Source: a virus
Taxonomy: Duplodnaviria > Caudoviricetes
Direction: 5' to 3' (one strand)
Virus record (IMG/VR): IMGVR_UViG_2841277917_000004
Span: 13,764 to 77,763 of that record
Length of the DNA: 64,000 bases
The position numbers and the translations under genes are program-made. Under the pieces are notes generated by a model. It saw nothing but the letters and a program-made list of their open reading frames with translations. It was not told the origin of the DNA and did no database searches. Positions 46,317 through 56,970 of this stretch are shown piece after piece. The stretch's first letter is position 1. Every line of letters starts with the position of its first letter.

Positions 46317-46808
46317 TTAACGAGTTAAAGTAACTGAATAAGCGCCGCCCTTCCCCTCTCCAATCCATTCATTATTGGAGAAAACCCATCTTTTATCATT
46401 ATATTCAACTGTAAAAGACGTTGGATACCATCCTGGCTTATTCCCTGTGCCGTCTGAATATGCCGTAATAGCTAAAATCTCACCAAGGTCTTTGTTTACA
46501 GTTATATAATATTTGTCTTTAGCGCCACGTTCAAAATCGTTATAATTCGGTATATCAAAAAGTGTTGGTTTTGACATTCCATTTTTGCCTTTTAGTGTAA
46601 CATAAATGTTCGAATCTGTTCCTGCATCCTTTACATCACCTGTTTGTACAGTGACAGCGTAAATATAGGAGGCAGCCACATTGATTTGAGGATTTACACT
46701 AGCTTTGTGGTTGCTGTTGGAATTCTGAGCAATATCACTAGCATAAACACTTTGACCAGCAAATAAAAGAGCTACTGTCATCATTGTAGATAGAGCGAAA
46801 CGTTTCAT
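46317..46808 (-). CDS. secreted PLAT/LH2-domain protein
   Basis: Signal peptide; YAVTVQTGDVKDAGTDSNIYVTLKGKNG, DFERGAKDKY, DLGEI, PGWY; terminator at 46275-46302. Confidence 0.88.
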   Translation of the reverse strand: MKRFALSTMMTVALLFAGQSVYASDIAQNSNSNHKASVNPQINVAASYIYAVTVQTGDVKDAGTDSNIYVTLKGKNGMSKPTLFDIPNYNDFERGAKDKYYITVNKDLGEILAITAYSDGTGNKPGWYPTSFTVEYNDKRWVFSNNEWIGEGKGGAYSVTLTR

Positions 46809-46982
46809 AAAAACCCTCTCCTTTATTAATGGTATTTTATGGATCAATTAAATTATACTTCCATTTTATGAGTTTTGTAGTTATCAGATGTGTGTATTTT
46901 GTGATAAATCAGTAATTTTAAAATTTGTATAATAAAATCAAGAATTTATTATGTATCAATTAGAAAGTGGGAGAGTGAATAT

Positions 46983-47633
46983 TTGGAGAAAGAACAATTA
47001 GGAAGCTTAGAAATTAACCGTATTTATCATATGGATTGTTTAGAAGGAATGAAACTAATACCAGATAAAAGTATAGATATGATACTGTGTGACTTGCCAT
47101 ATGGTCAAACCGCAAGAAACAAATGGGATACTGTTATTCCTTTTAAGCCTTTATGGGAACAGTATGAAAGAATTATTAAAAGTAATGGAGCTATTGTGTT
47201 ATTCGCCAATGGAATGTTTACCGCAGATTTGATGGCAAGTAATAAAAAAATGTGGAGATATAACCTAGTGTGGGACAAGGTGTTACCAAGTGGATTTTTA
47301 AACGCAAAAAAGATGCCATTGAGAAGTCACGAAGATTTATGTGTTTTTTACAAGAAACTTCCTTTGTACAATCCCCAAATGGTTGAAGGAGACGAATGTC
47401 ACAGTAGAGGTAAAGCAGTAGGGAAATCTCAAGAAGATTTTTCAAGAAACACAAATTATGGACAATTCCAAGCAGTAAATACTAAAGGTAATCTAAAATA
47501 TCCTAAGTCAATCTTAACATTTAAGAAACCACATCCATCAACTACACAGCATCCAACACAAAAATCAGTAGAATGTATATTAGAAAGTAAAATAAAAAAG
47601 GAGAGAGTTGATGACACTACAAGAATTTATTAA
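46983..47633 (+). pseudogene. beta-class N6A/N4C DNA methyltransferase, C-terminally truncated
   Basis: DCLEGMK, ILCDLPYG (motif IV), HPTQKS; the SAM-binding FxGSG motif I that should follow is absent. Confidence 0.8.
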
Positions 47634-48116
47634 TATGAAGAAAAATGAATTAATCAGTACTGGACTATATAAAGGGGTACAGTTTTCTTCTGCTATAGAT
47701 GTTGGGCTAAGTAAAAATAGTACAAGAGAAGAGTTTATTTCTACCGATAGCGATTTAAACAAAAATGTAACTGAAGTTTTATCGTTTAGTACACTCCATA
47801 AAGCCAGATGCAACTGTAAATTATCAACACCAATACTCGATATCAGTAATGTGCAACGTCCTACGACTTTCCAGAGCACGTATTACTACCAAGCAAAAGA
47901 AAGAGTATCTGAGGATATACTACAAAGTAAAGGAAAATTGAGCCTACATCGCAACTTTTCGCTAGTAGAAGTATACAATAGGCTCGTTTTGGGTTAATTT
48001 TACATATTATTTTTCGGGCTATTTAGAATTATTTTGCTCATATGTTCATTTGTAGTTGACTAATAATAGTCATATAGTTATGATAATTATGAATACATAG
48101 AAAGGGGAGGTTAACT

Positions 48117-48299
48117 ATGAAAAAAATGATAGCAATTTCTTTTTTGTCTTTGGCGGTAGTTGGATTATCCTTTTTCCCAACTAACGTTCAGGCATATCTT
48201 GGGGGTATAAAAGATCCGACTAATGGTGGTAGTCCTAGTCCTGGTGGTGGTGGCTGTGCTAATCTTAGTGGCTGTCAATGCCACTCACTTGATTGCTGA
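48117..48299 (+). CDS. small secreted Gly/Cys-rich peptide
   Basis: Signal peptide ending VQA; tail GGGGCANLSGCQCHSLDC; own promoter TTGACT-N17-TATGAT (48056-48084) and GGGGAGG RBS. Confidence 0.7.
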   Translation: MKKMIAISFLSLAVVGLSFFPTNVQAYLGGIKDPTNGGSPSPGGGGCANLSGCQCHSLDC

Positions 48300-48643
48300 A
48301 AATAGATACTACCTGTGAAAACTATGAAGACCTGAGTTATTCTATATAAGATGAACGAAAGAATGCAGCGGAATAAGACATCCCATATCCTACATGAAAT
48401 AATCAATATTACTTTACAAAAAACATGCGAAGTATACAGGTTTGTGTCACTTTCGTATACAAGTTTGTGTCACTCGACAATAGAGGCTTCCAACAATGGC
48501 TCTATTGTCAGTTTTGTCATCTTAAAGAAGAGAAAACGAAAATATGGAGCAATGAACTTTTATGTGCTGTACCAGTAGAACGTTGATGATAACAAAAAAA
48601 TACCTCCCTCAGACGAATTGTTATTGAGGGAGGCTTATTTCTC

Positions 48644-48991
48644 TTAATCCATTGTCCTTTTGTCAAACTTATCTGTTCTAACATCAAGCAATCTACCATT
48701 TATTCTTATATGAGTGTCATCCGTCCATTCAACATCAGTATTTGATTCTTTCCAACTCCAATAAATAAGCTTGTCACCAAAAAAACCGACATTTACATCT
48801 ACTCTCAGCCCACCTTCATCCCCAAAACGATAAACTTTTGCAGTGTATGTATTATTAGGAGAGTTCACTTTTTGAACTAAATTGCCCTGTTGTAGAAACA
48901 GTGTGGAATAGAATGCTAAATATACGACTAGAGATAGAAACACTATTAAAGAGATTAATATTATCAGCAGTCTTTTGAATAGTGTCTTCAT
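48644..48991 (-). CDS. membrane-anchored protein (DUF5412-like)
   Basis: N-terminal TM; SPNNTYTAKVY...IYW...VEWTDD...INGRLLDV; terminator at 48603-48633. Confidence 0.6.
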   Translation of the reverse strand: MKTLFKRLLIILISLIVFLSLVVYLAFYSTLFLQQGNLVQKVNSPNNTYTAKVYRFGDEGGLRVDVNVGFFGDKLIYWSWKESNTDVEWTDDTHIRINGRLLDVRTDKFDKRTMD

Positions 48992-49214
48992 AGCGTTTCA
49001 CTCCATTTTTAGATTAGAGTCTAATCTTATTCAAAAATCATTTAAATACCAGTTAATTCCTCTGCGGATAACTTTTCTAATTTTATTATTATCTGAATAT
49101 TGTTTCAATCATAAATATGTAATTATACCCAAAAATATATTAATAAAAAATTTAAGATAGGGTATTGAAAATAAAATTATGTATTGTATAATACTAAATA
49201 AGGAGGTGAACAAC

Positions 49215-50142
49215 ATTCAAAACATTACATTAAAAACAATGAGTGGAAATGAAATAGTTTTAGAGACATCTTTAAGCTTAATGGGAGGAGATATACTTAT
49301 ACAGAAAATACCTGAGAATTACCCATTAGATGAAGCAAAAAAGGTACATAAATTCCTTAAAGACTCCCTTGAAAATAATGCTCAGGTGATTACAATTGGA
49401 CAGGGTATTGAGTTACAAAAATTAACTATTAATAGTATATAAAATAAAAAAATAAAGGTGATATTAATGTATATTAACTGGTCGAATGTATTGAATAAAG
49501 AATCAAAATTTGCTGAAGTAAAACGCCACCGTAATCATTATTATGGAATTGGCTCCAAGGGGAAAGTGATTGATTGCTTTGGTAAAACTCGCTCCGAGGC
49601 AAAAGCATTTATTGAAACTGAATTGACTTTGTTTAATCAAGAACTTAGTTTTTTAGGGGTTTACCATTCATAATGACGAAAAACGTACCATCTATAGAAG
49701 ATGCTAGAGATTACATAATTCAATTAAAAGATCATTACAAAATAGATATTGATAGAGTGTATGAGTTATCAAAAGGCGATTTTACGCAGGGCTATGAAGG
49801 ACACGAGCAAAAGAAAGCATTAAAAAACCTTAAGAAAGCTTACTTAGAGTTGACTCAAAAAATCAAGAACTGAGGTGTAAAATGGAGAGATATGTTCCGA
49901 TTCTTCAGTATGTAAATGCAACTCAAGTGAATACGGACTTTACGCTTTGCAATCAAAGCAGATGTTTTATAGGGAAAACTGGAGATTATATCATTACAGA
50001 AAATGGTCAGCAATATGCTTTCCCAAAGCATGTATTTGAAAAAATTTTCAAAAAATCAACAATAGCTGACAGTATGCTACAGGTTGATTACGAGCAAGCT
50101 TATAAAGAAATGTACAATGATAAACCGTTAGAGAAGGTTTAA
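49215..50142 (+). other. small hypothetical genes preceding the nrd operon
   Basis: ORFs 49215-49442, 49458-49673, 49673-49873, 49882-50142 after a promoter at 49165-49192. Confidence 0.55.
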
Positions 50143-50150
50143 ATTTAAAA

Positions 50151-50543
50151 ATGAAAAATCCTCTAGTAATTTACGATTCATTAACAGGTAATGTTGATCG
50201 TTTTGCATCACGATTAGAGTATAGAAAAATGAAATTGTCACCTGAACTAGAAGTGAATCAACCATATTTCCTTGTAACTTATACTACTGGGTTTGGAGAA
50301 GTACCAAAAAGCACACAAGTGTTTTTACAGAGCAATTATAGTAATTTACTTGGGGTAGCTTCTAGTGGGAATAAAAACTGGGGGCAACTATTCGGGAGAA
50401 GTGCTGATATTATCTCATTACAATATAATGTCCCAATATTGTGCAAATTCGAGCTTTCAGGTACAACCAAAGATACAGAGCGCTTTATTCAGGAGGTTAA
50501 TAAGATTGTCCAATGTCATTTCGAAGTGGATAGAATTAAATAA
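50151..50543 (+). CDS. nrdI: class Ib RNR flavodoxin NrdI
   Basis: YDSLTGNVDRF, TYTTGFGEVP, SSGNKNWG, KFELSG. Confidence 0.95.
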   Translation: MKNPLVIYDSLTGNVDRFASRLEYRKMKLSPELEVNQPYFLVTYTTGFGEVPKSTQVFLQSNYSNLLGVASSGNKNWGQLFGRSADIISLQYNVPILCKFELSGTTKDTERFIQEVNKIVQCHFEVDRIK

Positions 50544-52605
50544 TGAAGTAGTCATAAAGAAAAACGATCAATTTCAATTCAACAAAGACAAAGAGGCAGC
50601 AAAGAGCTATTTCGTTGATTATATCAATCAAAATACTGTGTTTTTTCATGATCTAAAAGAAAAGCTAGACTATCTCATAGAAAACGATTACTACGAAACA
50701 GAGTTCTTAGACAAATATACATATGAACAGATAAAAGAAGTATTTGATCTGGCTTACGAGAAAAAATTTCGTTTTCCATCATTTATGAGTGCGTTCAAGT
50801 TTTACAATGGTTATGCTTTAAAAACTAATGATAGGCAAAAAATCCTTGAACGTTATGAAGATCGAAATGCTATTGTTGCATTATTTTTAGCAGATGGAGA
50901 TTCTGAGAAGGCAAAGCAATTTGCTAAGTTACTAATGAATCAAGAGTTTCAACCTGCAACACCAACATTCCTTAATGCTGGACGCAAAAGACGTGGTGAA
51001 CTGGTAAGTTGTTTTCTTTTAGAGGTCAATGATTCCCTAAATGACATTTCAAAAGCAATTGAAACTTCGATGCAACTTAGCAAGGTAGGTGGAGGAGTTT
51101 CCCTTAATTTAAGCAAGCTAAGAGCAAAAGGGGAGACGATTAAAGGAATAGAAAATGCCACTAAGGGTGTCGTAGGAGTAATGAAGCTTTTAGATCATGC
51201 CTTTAGATATGCCGACCAGATGGGACAAAGAGCTGGTAGTGGAGCGGTGTACTTAAATGTGTTTCATGCAGATATTAATGATTTTCTTGATACAAAAAAA
51301 ATTAATGCTGATGAAGATGTTCGAGTAAAAACTTTATCAATTGGAGTTGTCATCCCAGATAAGTTTATTGAACTCGCACGAGAAGATAAAGCAATGTATG
51401 CCTTCTATCCTCATACAGTCTATGAAGCTTATGGAGTACATTTAGACGAGATGGATATGAATGAAATGTATCAGCAGTTAGTAGACAATCCAAATGTTCG
51501 AAAAGTCAAGATGAACCCACGTAAATTGTTAGAAAAGATAGCAATTGTACGCTATGAATCAGGATATCCATACATAATGTTCGAAAGTAATGTGAATAAG
51601 GTTCATGCACTAAATGCAATTTCGAGGGTTAAATTTAGTAATCTATGTAGTGAAGTACTTGAATCAACGGTTGTTTCTACATATAAGGATTATGGAGAAA
51701 AAGATAGTATTGGCTTAGATGTCTCATGCAATCTCGGCTCTCTTAATATCGTTAATGTTATGGAGAATAAATCAATTAAGGAATCAGTCAAATTAGCAAT
51801 TGATGCATTAACGACTGTATCTGAAAAGACTTCGATAACTAACGCTCCAGCGGTTCAAAGAGCAAATGAATTGATGAGATCAGTTGGACTTGGGGCAATG
51901 AATTTACATGGGTATCTTGCCAAGAACAGAATTCGATATGAAAGCGAAGAAGCAAGAGATTTTGCTAATACATTCTTCATGATGATGAATTATTACTCTT
52001 TAGAAAGATCAATGGAGAGTGCAAGAGATACTGGTGTAAAATTTTATGGTTTTGATAAATCAACATATGCTACAGGCGAGTATTTTGAAATGTATCTGAA
52101 AGAAGATTTTTCTCCAAAAACTGAAAAGGCTAGGAGCTTATTTGATGGAATTTATATTCCAACAAGAGAGGATTGGGCTAATTTAAAACGGCAAGTTATG
52201 GACAATGGGATTTCTCATAGTTATCGTTTGGCAATTGCTCCTACAGGCTCCATCTCTTATGTTCAATCAGCTACAGCTTCAGTAATGCCAATTATGGAAC
52301 GTATTGAAGAACGTACATATGGAGATTCAAAAACATATTATCCAATGCCATATTTATCTCCTCAGAATTGGTTCTACTACACAGAAGCATACGATATGGA
52401 CATGTTCAAAGTGGTAGACATGATTGCAACTATTCAAAGGCACGTTGATCAAGGTATATCATTCACACTTTTTCTAAAGGACACTATGACAACAAGAGAT
52501 TTAACCAGAATTGATTTATACGCCCATCATAAGGGTATAAAGACACTCTATTATGCACGAACAAAAGACACTACTAGAGAAAATTGTTTATCATGTCAGG
52601 TTTAA
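50506..52605 (+). CDS. nrdE: class Ib ribonucleotide reductase alpha subunit
   Basis: [31 protein letters not shown]-terminal CLSC; TTG start after AGGAGG. Confidence 0.96.
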   Translation: MSNVISKWIELNNEVVIKKNDQFQFNKDKEAAKSYFVDYINQNTVFFHDLKEKLDYLIENDYYETEFLDKYTYEQIKEVFDLAYEKKFRFPSFMSAFKFYNGYALKTNDRQKILERYEDRNAIVALFLADGDSEKAKQFAKLLMNQEFQPATPTFLNAGRKRRGELVSCFLLEVNDSLNDISKAIETSMQLSKVGGGVSLNLSKLRAKGETIKGIENATKGVVGVMKLLDHAFRYADQMGQRAGSGAVYLNVFHADINDFLDTKKINADEDVRVKTLSIGVVIPDKFIELAREDKAMYAFYPHTVYEAYGVHLDEMDMNEMYQQLVDNPNVRKVKMNPRKLLEKIAIVRYESGYPYIMFESNVNKVHALNAISRVKFSNLCSEVLESTVVSTYKDYGEKDSIGLDVSCNLGSLNIVNVMENKSIKESVKLAIDALTTVSEKTSITNAPAVQRANELMRSVGLGAMNLHGYLAKNRIRYESEEARDFANTFFMMMNYYSLERSMESARDTGVKFYGFDKSTYATGEYFEMYLKEDFSPKTEKARSLFDGIYIPTREDWANLKRQVMDNGISHSYRLAIAPTGSISYVQSATASVMPIMERIEERTYGDSKTYYPMPYLSPQNWFYYTEAYDMDMFKVVDMIATIQRHVDQGISFTLFLKDTMTTRDLTRIDLYAHHKGIKTLYYARTKDTTRENCLSCQV

Positions 52606-52618
52606 AGGAGCTATGTAT

Positions 52619-54623
52619 TTGAGTAAAGTTTACGATGCTGCTAACTGGTCATTACACGAAGATAATTTCACACAATTATTTTATGAGCAAAATGTTCGTC
52701 AGTTTTGGCTCCCTGAAGAAATTAGTTTAAATGGGGATCTACTGACTTGGAAAACTCTAAGCAAAGAAGAGCAAGATACTTATAAAAAAGTGTTAGGTGG
52801 ACTAACTTTACTTGATACAGAACAAGGAAATGTTGGCATGCCAATGATTGCTCAACATACAAAGGGACATCAAAGAAAAGCTGTTCTTAATTTTATGGCT
52901 ATGATGGAAAATGCAGTCCATGCCAAGTCTTATTCTAATATCTTTTTAACCTTAGCATCCATGGAAGAGATAAATGATGTCTTTGAATGGATTAAAGAAA
53001 ATAAATATCTACAACACAAAACGGAAATCATCGTTTCTTATTACAACACAATTAAACCTGATGACATCGTAAGTCTTTATAAAGCAATGGTCGCTTCTGT
53101 ATATTTAGAAAGCTTCTTGTTTTACAGCGGATTTTACTATCCATTATATTTTTATGGTCAAGGTAGGTTAATGCAAAGTGGTGAAATTATTAGCCTTATA
53201 ATTAGGGATTAATTTGAGTCCTCCTTTAAAGTAATTTAGAGGTAATAAACCCCTTTAATTCAGGGAAACCCCTAACGTCAAGCCGAGGGCAATCCTGAGC
53301 GAAGTTCATTATGCGAATAGATAATAAAAGGAGTAGATGACTGCAAAGGGTATTTACATGATTACAATTGGTGACAAAAGTTATATAGGTAAAGATTCAA
53401 GAATACATAAGAAAACAAGATGTAGAGAGCACAATTGGCAACTGAAAAAAGGAATTCATCACAATATAAAAATGCAAAAAGCTTTTAATGAAAATAAAAA
53501 TATTGAATATAATGAATTAGAAATATTTGAGGATATTGATGATAATGCTCTCTGTCAATATGAAATCTATTATATTAACAAGTATGGGACGTATCTTAAT
53601 GGATATAACGGAACTACAGGTGGCATTGGTGGAAACGGACTAATTATTTCTGATGAAGAAAAACTTAGAAGATCTGAAAGAATATCGGGAGAGAATAATC
53701 CGCAATCTAAAATTTCAGACGAAGACTTTTTTAAAGTCGTTGATATGCTTAAAGCTGGTAAAACCAATCAAGAAATTGCAAAAGCATTTAACTTGCATGA
53801 TCGATATGTCTCATTAATTAGACATAAGAAAAGGTTTAAGAAGTTGTGGAAGACAATTTCAGATTATACACCGATTAAATCTGAAGGACAGTTAATAAAT
53901 CAAGGGAAAGTAAGTGAAACTTCATTTATTGAAATAGTGCATAAAATAAAAAAAGGGGCAACAAATGCATCAATAGAACGAGAATATGGTTTATCTTCAG
54001 GCACTGGAAGCCGAATAAGAAACAAGAAATTATATAAGCAATGGTGGAAAAGATTATTTAATGAATAAAATCATTATTCGCATAATGAAAACGTGCAACG
54101 ACTAGCTCATAGAGCGTACACTGCAAGCTAATGGCAGTGGAAACAGGGGGCATCCTTATTAGGATGAAGATATAGTCTCGTCTCTATGGAAACATGGAGC
54201 TGCTATGCGGCACAAGCTTTGCGATCTTGTGTGAAGATTACGGAAAGTATTCATGGTATTTACATTGGGTTATTATCTCAGGAATTGTTTAAAAAGTTAA
54301 GCCAAGAAACTCAAGAGGAGTTAAAACAATTTTCTTATGATTTATTAAATAAACTATATCTCAACGAATTGTTGTATACTGAAGAACTCTACAATCAAGT
54401 TGGTCTTGCGCACGATGTAAAAAAATTTCTACGTTATAACGCTAATAAAGCTCTTATGAATCTAGGTTTCGACCCTTATTTTGAAGAAGAAGAGATTAAT
54501 CCAATTGTACTGAATGGATTAAATACAAAAACAAAGTCTCATGACTTCTTTTCAATGAAAGGGAATGGATACGTTAAAGCAAAGGTAGAACCAATTTGTG
54601 ATGAGGACTTTTATTTCAACTAA
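52619..54623 (+). CDS. nrdF: class Ib RNR beta subunit, two exons (52619-53209 and 54243-54623)
   Basis: Exon 1 ends IIRD and exon 2 begins ESIHG, restoring the RDExxH metal ligand; C-terminal [11 protein letters not shown]. Confidence 0.95.
53210..54242 (+). ncRNA. group I self-splicing intron in nrdF
   Basis: 5' exon ends in U, pairing with IGS GUCCU; P/Q (AATTCAGGGAA, AATCCTGAGC), R (CAACGACTA) and S (AAGATATAGTC) elements; terminal G at 54242. Confidence 0.92.
53337..54068 (+). CDS. intron-encoded GIY-YIG homing endonuclease
   Basis: [14 protein letters not shown]...R..EH...E..YI...GYN; ORF looped out by a 15-bp stem (53305-53319 / 54075-54089). Confidence 0.88.
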   Translation: MTAKGIYMITIGDKSYIGKDSRIHKKTRCREHNWQLKKGIHHNIKMQKAFNENKNIEYNELEIFEDIDDNALCQYEIYYINKYGTYLNGYNGTTGGIGGNGLIISDEEKLRRSERISGENNPQSKISDEDFFKVVDMLKAGKTNQEIAKAFNLHDRYVSLIRHKKRFKKLWKTISDYTPIKSEGQLINQGKVSETSFIEIVHKIKKGATNASIEREYGLSSGTGSRIRNKKLYKQWWKRLFNE

Positions 54624-54635
54624 GGGAGAATAGCA

Positions 54636-55250
54636 ATGAGTAAAATGGATGAACAAATTCTAGTAGTAAAACGAACGAACCTATTTGATAATGAGAAGTT
54701 AGTTTTCCAAGGGATTGAAAAAGAACCTGATAGAATCACGAAGCTAATGAGTAATATCTCAACTCATTACACTGTTATGAGACGTGGAGATGCCGAGGAA
54801 GATCCAAGCTTTAAACAGCCTATTCCATATGTAGTGATTCGCAAGGGTAATGAGCTGTTCATGTATAAACGTCTATCAGGTGGGGGAGAAGCACGTCTCC
54901 ATGATAAGTTATCGTTAGGCACAGGTGGTCACATGAATGATGAAGATACTAATAGCTTTGAGGAAGTCTTAGAGATGAATTTACTCAGAGAGCTTGAAGA
55001 AGAGCTAGACATTCAAGCAGCGGAGAGAGAATTTAACACGATTGGCTTTATCAATGACGATCTTGAAGAAGTGGGTAAAGTACATATTGGGCTACTTGTA
55101 ACACTTGATTTAGATGAGAATGCAATTGTGAATGTAAGAGAAATAGATCAGTTGGAAGGTAATTGGACAACCGTCGAGGAGTTGTTACAGCCTGATGTAT
55201 ATGAAAGATTAGAAAGCTGGTCAAAATTTGTAGTAGATGTATTGAAGTAG
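54636..55250 (+). CDS. YmaB-like NUDIX hydrolase
   Basis: KQPIPY, SLGTGGHMN, RELEEEL; follows nrdF as in the B. subtilis nrdIEF-ymaB operon. Confidence 0.85.
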   Translation: MSKMDEQILVVKRTNLFDNEKLVFQGIEKEPDRITKLMSNISTHYTVMRRGDAEEDPSFKQPIPYVVIRKGNELFMYKRLSGGGEARLHDKLSLGTGGHMNDEDTNSFEEVLEMNLLRELEEELDIQAAEREFNTIGFINDDLEEVGKVHIGLLVTLDLDENAIVNVREIDQLEGNWTTVEELLQPDVYERLESWSKFVVDVLK

Positions 55251-55301
55251 GTGATGGGGGAAGCCCCCTCATACAATTAACATGGTCATATACTACAAAA
55301 A

Positions 55302-55679
55302 TTATTGTTTTAGACTCTCCCAAGGTTCTTTAGGTCTAACTGTATAATTGTATTCTAAATAGTTTTCACCTTTGTACCTAACTAATACTTCATAAAAACC
55401 AGGAGTTCTTGCTAAGACTCGACCTCTATCGAATAGAAGTAGACCGTCTTTGCTAGATTCAGATAAAAGGTGGTAAGTATAATAAGGGTTACCGTCACTC
55501 CATGGCATTTGCCAAGTTTCACCCACTTTTAAAGTAATATTAATCTCTTCAAAATTTGCTTGTAAATTTGTTGAAGTGCTAGATGTAGTGTTCGAACCTT
55601 CTGCATTTGCAGCAATCTGTCCAGAAAGCAATAAGGGTATAGCAATGGCTGTAGATAATAGGAGATTCTGGATTTTCAT
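55302..55679 (-). CDS. secreted protein (Ig-like beta domain) moron
   Basis: Signal peptide ending ANA; promoter TTTACA-N17-TATAAT at 55736-55708; terminator at about 55252-55272. Confidence 0.7.
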   Translation of the reverse strand: MKIQNLLLSTAIAIPLLLSGQIAANAEGSNTTSSTSTNLQANFEEINITLKVGETWQMPWSDGNPYYTYHLLSESSKDGLLLFDRGRVLARTPGFYEVLVRYKGENYLEYNYTVRPKEPWESLKQ

Positions 55680-56405
55680 TCAAATCACTCCTTTATTAAT
55701 TTAGAAAATTATACCATATTTAGTTTGTTATGTAAAAAGATAGATTTATCGATTAATAAAACAATGATTTCATTATATTGGAGGTTGCAAATATGAATGA
55801 ACAAGTAGATAAAATAAAGGAGCTAATCAAGGGGCGGTATAATCCAAGGTATTGCGGTTATACGGAGATGAGGTCAGAGGGCAACTACACTGATGTATTC
55901 CAAGACGGATGTGAATATGGTGAGTCTCAAGTTCTCTATGAAATTGGTTGTTTACTGGAGATGGACTTGGAAGAGCCTGAAGAACAAAGCTTCGATTACT
56001 GGTGAAAGGATAATGAGACTTACTAATGAGATAAAGCGGAATTGAATCAATGCTAAATCTATAATGTAAAATAAATAATTAAACGGGAGGTTAAAAAGTG
56101 AGAATAAAAATTGGATTAAAAGATGGAACTGCAATTTATACCGAGACTCTTAAAGAAGGGATGGCTTTTCTTAAGCCAATGGATGAAAAAGATTGGCTTG
56201 TAAAAAAAGCCCTAGTTCCATATAGAAATATTGAATATATAAAACTTATTGCAGATAAAAACGAAGTAACCATCCACAAAAATGGAGATGTAACACTTAA
56301 AGGCGATAATATCAAATTTGATAAAGAGATTTCTGCAAGCAACTTGACAGAGAGCATAGAGAAATAACAATTAAATTTAAATCATACATAGGAGGATAAT
56401 TTTTA

Positions 56406-56948
56406 ATGGGAAATAGCAAATATGGTAGAGGAGAAGTAATCGACCTATCCATTTATGATGAGAATGGAAGGTTTATAACAAAACTAGACTCTCTCAAAAA
56501 TAGTTATATTGGGTCAAAGGGAACTAAGGGATTGGTGAAAGTACAAGACGCTTTAGTTGATCAATTTTTGATTGCCTTTATAGGAGAATGCGAAAAAAGT
56601 AGTCTCAGTGACTTTCAAAAAGATATCCATAATGGGATAAAAAAACATACATATGTTATCAACTCAAAATCAAGAAAGAAGTGTAAGTTAGTTGCAACTA
56701 CTTTATGGTGTAATGAAGATGGCAAAGACAAAAAAGTAATTTTTGAAATTCCTAATGCTGTAACAGTTAATAATACAAAATTTTATAATGACGGCACAAT
56801 TCCATCACCACTTGATGTAACTTTTGCGTTTTATCCATATAACGATAAAGAAGACATCTATAAGATTCATATTGAATCCGATTCAAGCGATTCAGAAGAC
56901 AGATTCATTGGATTCCTAGCAGGATTAGCAGAAGGAAGCAAAAAGTAA
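56406..56948 (+). CDS. hypothetical protein resembling an SPbeta-type major tail tube protein
   Basis: YGRGEVIDL...LDSLK...QDAL...FEIPNA...DGTIPSPLD pattern (recognition from memory). Confidence 0.4.
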   Translation: MGNSKYGRGEVIDLSIYDENGRFITKLDSLKNSYIGSKGTKGLVKVQDALVDQFLIAFIGECEKSSLSDFQKDIHNGIKKHTYVINSKSRKKCKLVATTLWCNEDGKDKKVIFEIPNAVTVNNTKFYNDGTIPSPLDVTFAFYPYNDKEDIYKIHIESDSSDSEDRFIGFLAGLAEGSKK

Positions 56949-56970
56949 ATCAAAACTGGAGGATAAATGA

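Larger units (their letters stand above)
3464..49184 (+). promoter_or_regulatory. Promoter-associated repeated element ATAAAATWWTGTAT (SPBRE-like repressor operator)
   Basis: Copies at about 3464, 22524, 22631, 33478, 33532, 49171 and a variant at 8263-8282, each in or beside a sigmaA-like promoter region. Confidence 0.6.

Noticed and set aside
50506-52605. Intein or intron in nrdE (as in SPbeta bnrdE), or an intein in dnaE/dnaB
   Set aside because: The proteins are of normal length, FSNLCSE is uninterrupted, and no intein termini were seen
54186-54623. Separate 145-aa gene
   Set aside because: It is nrdF exon 2 read in frame from intron sequence
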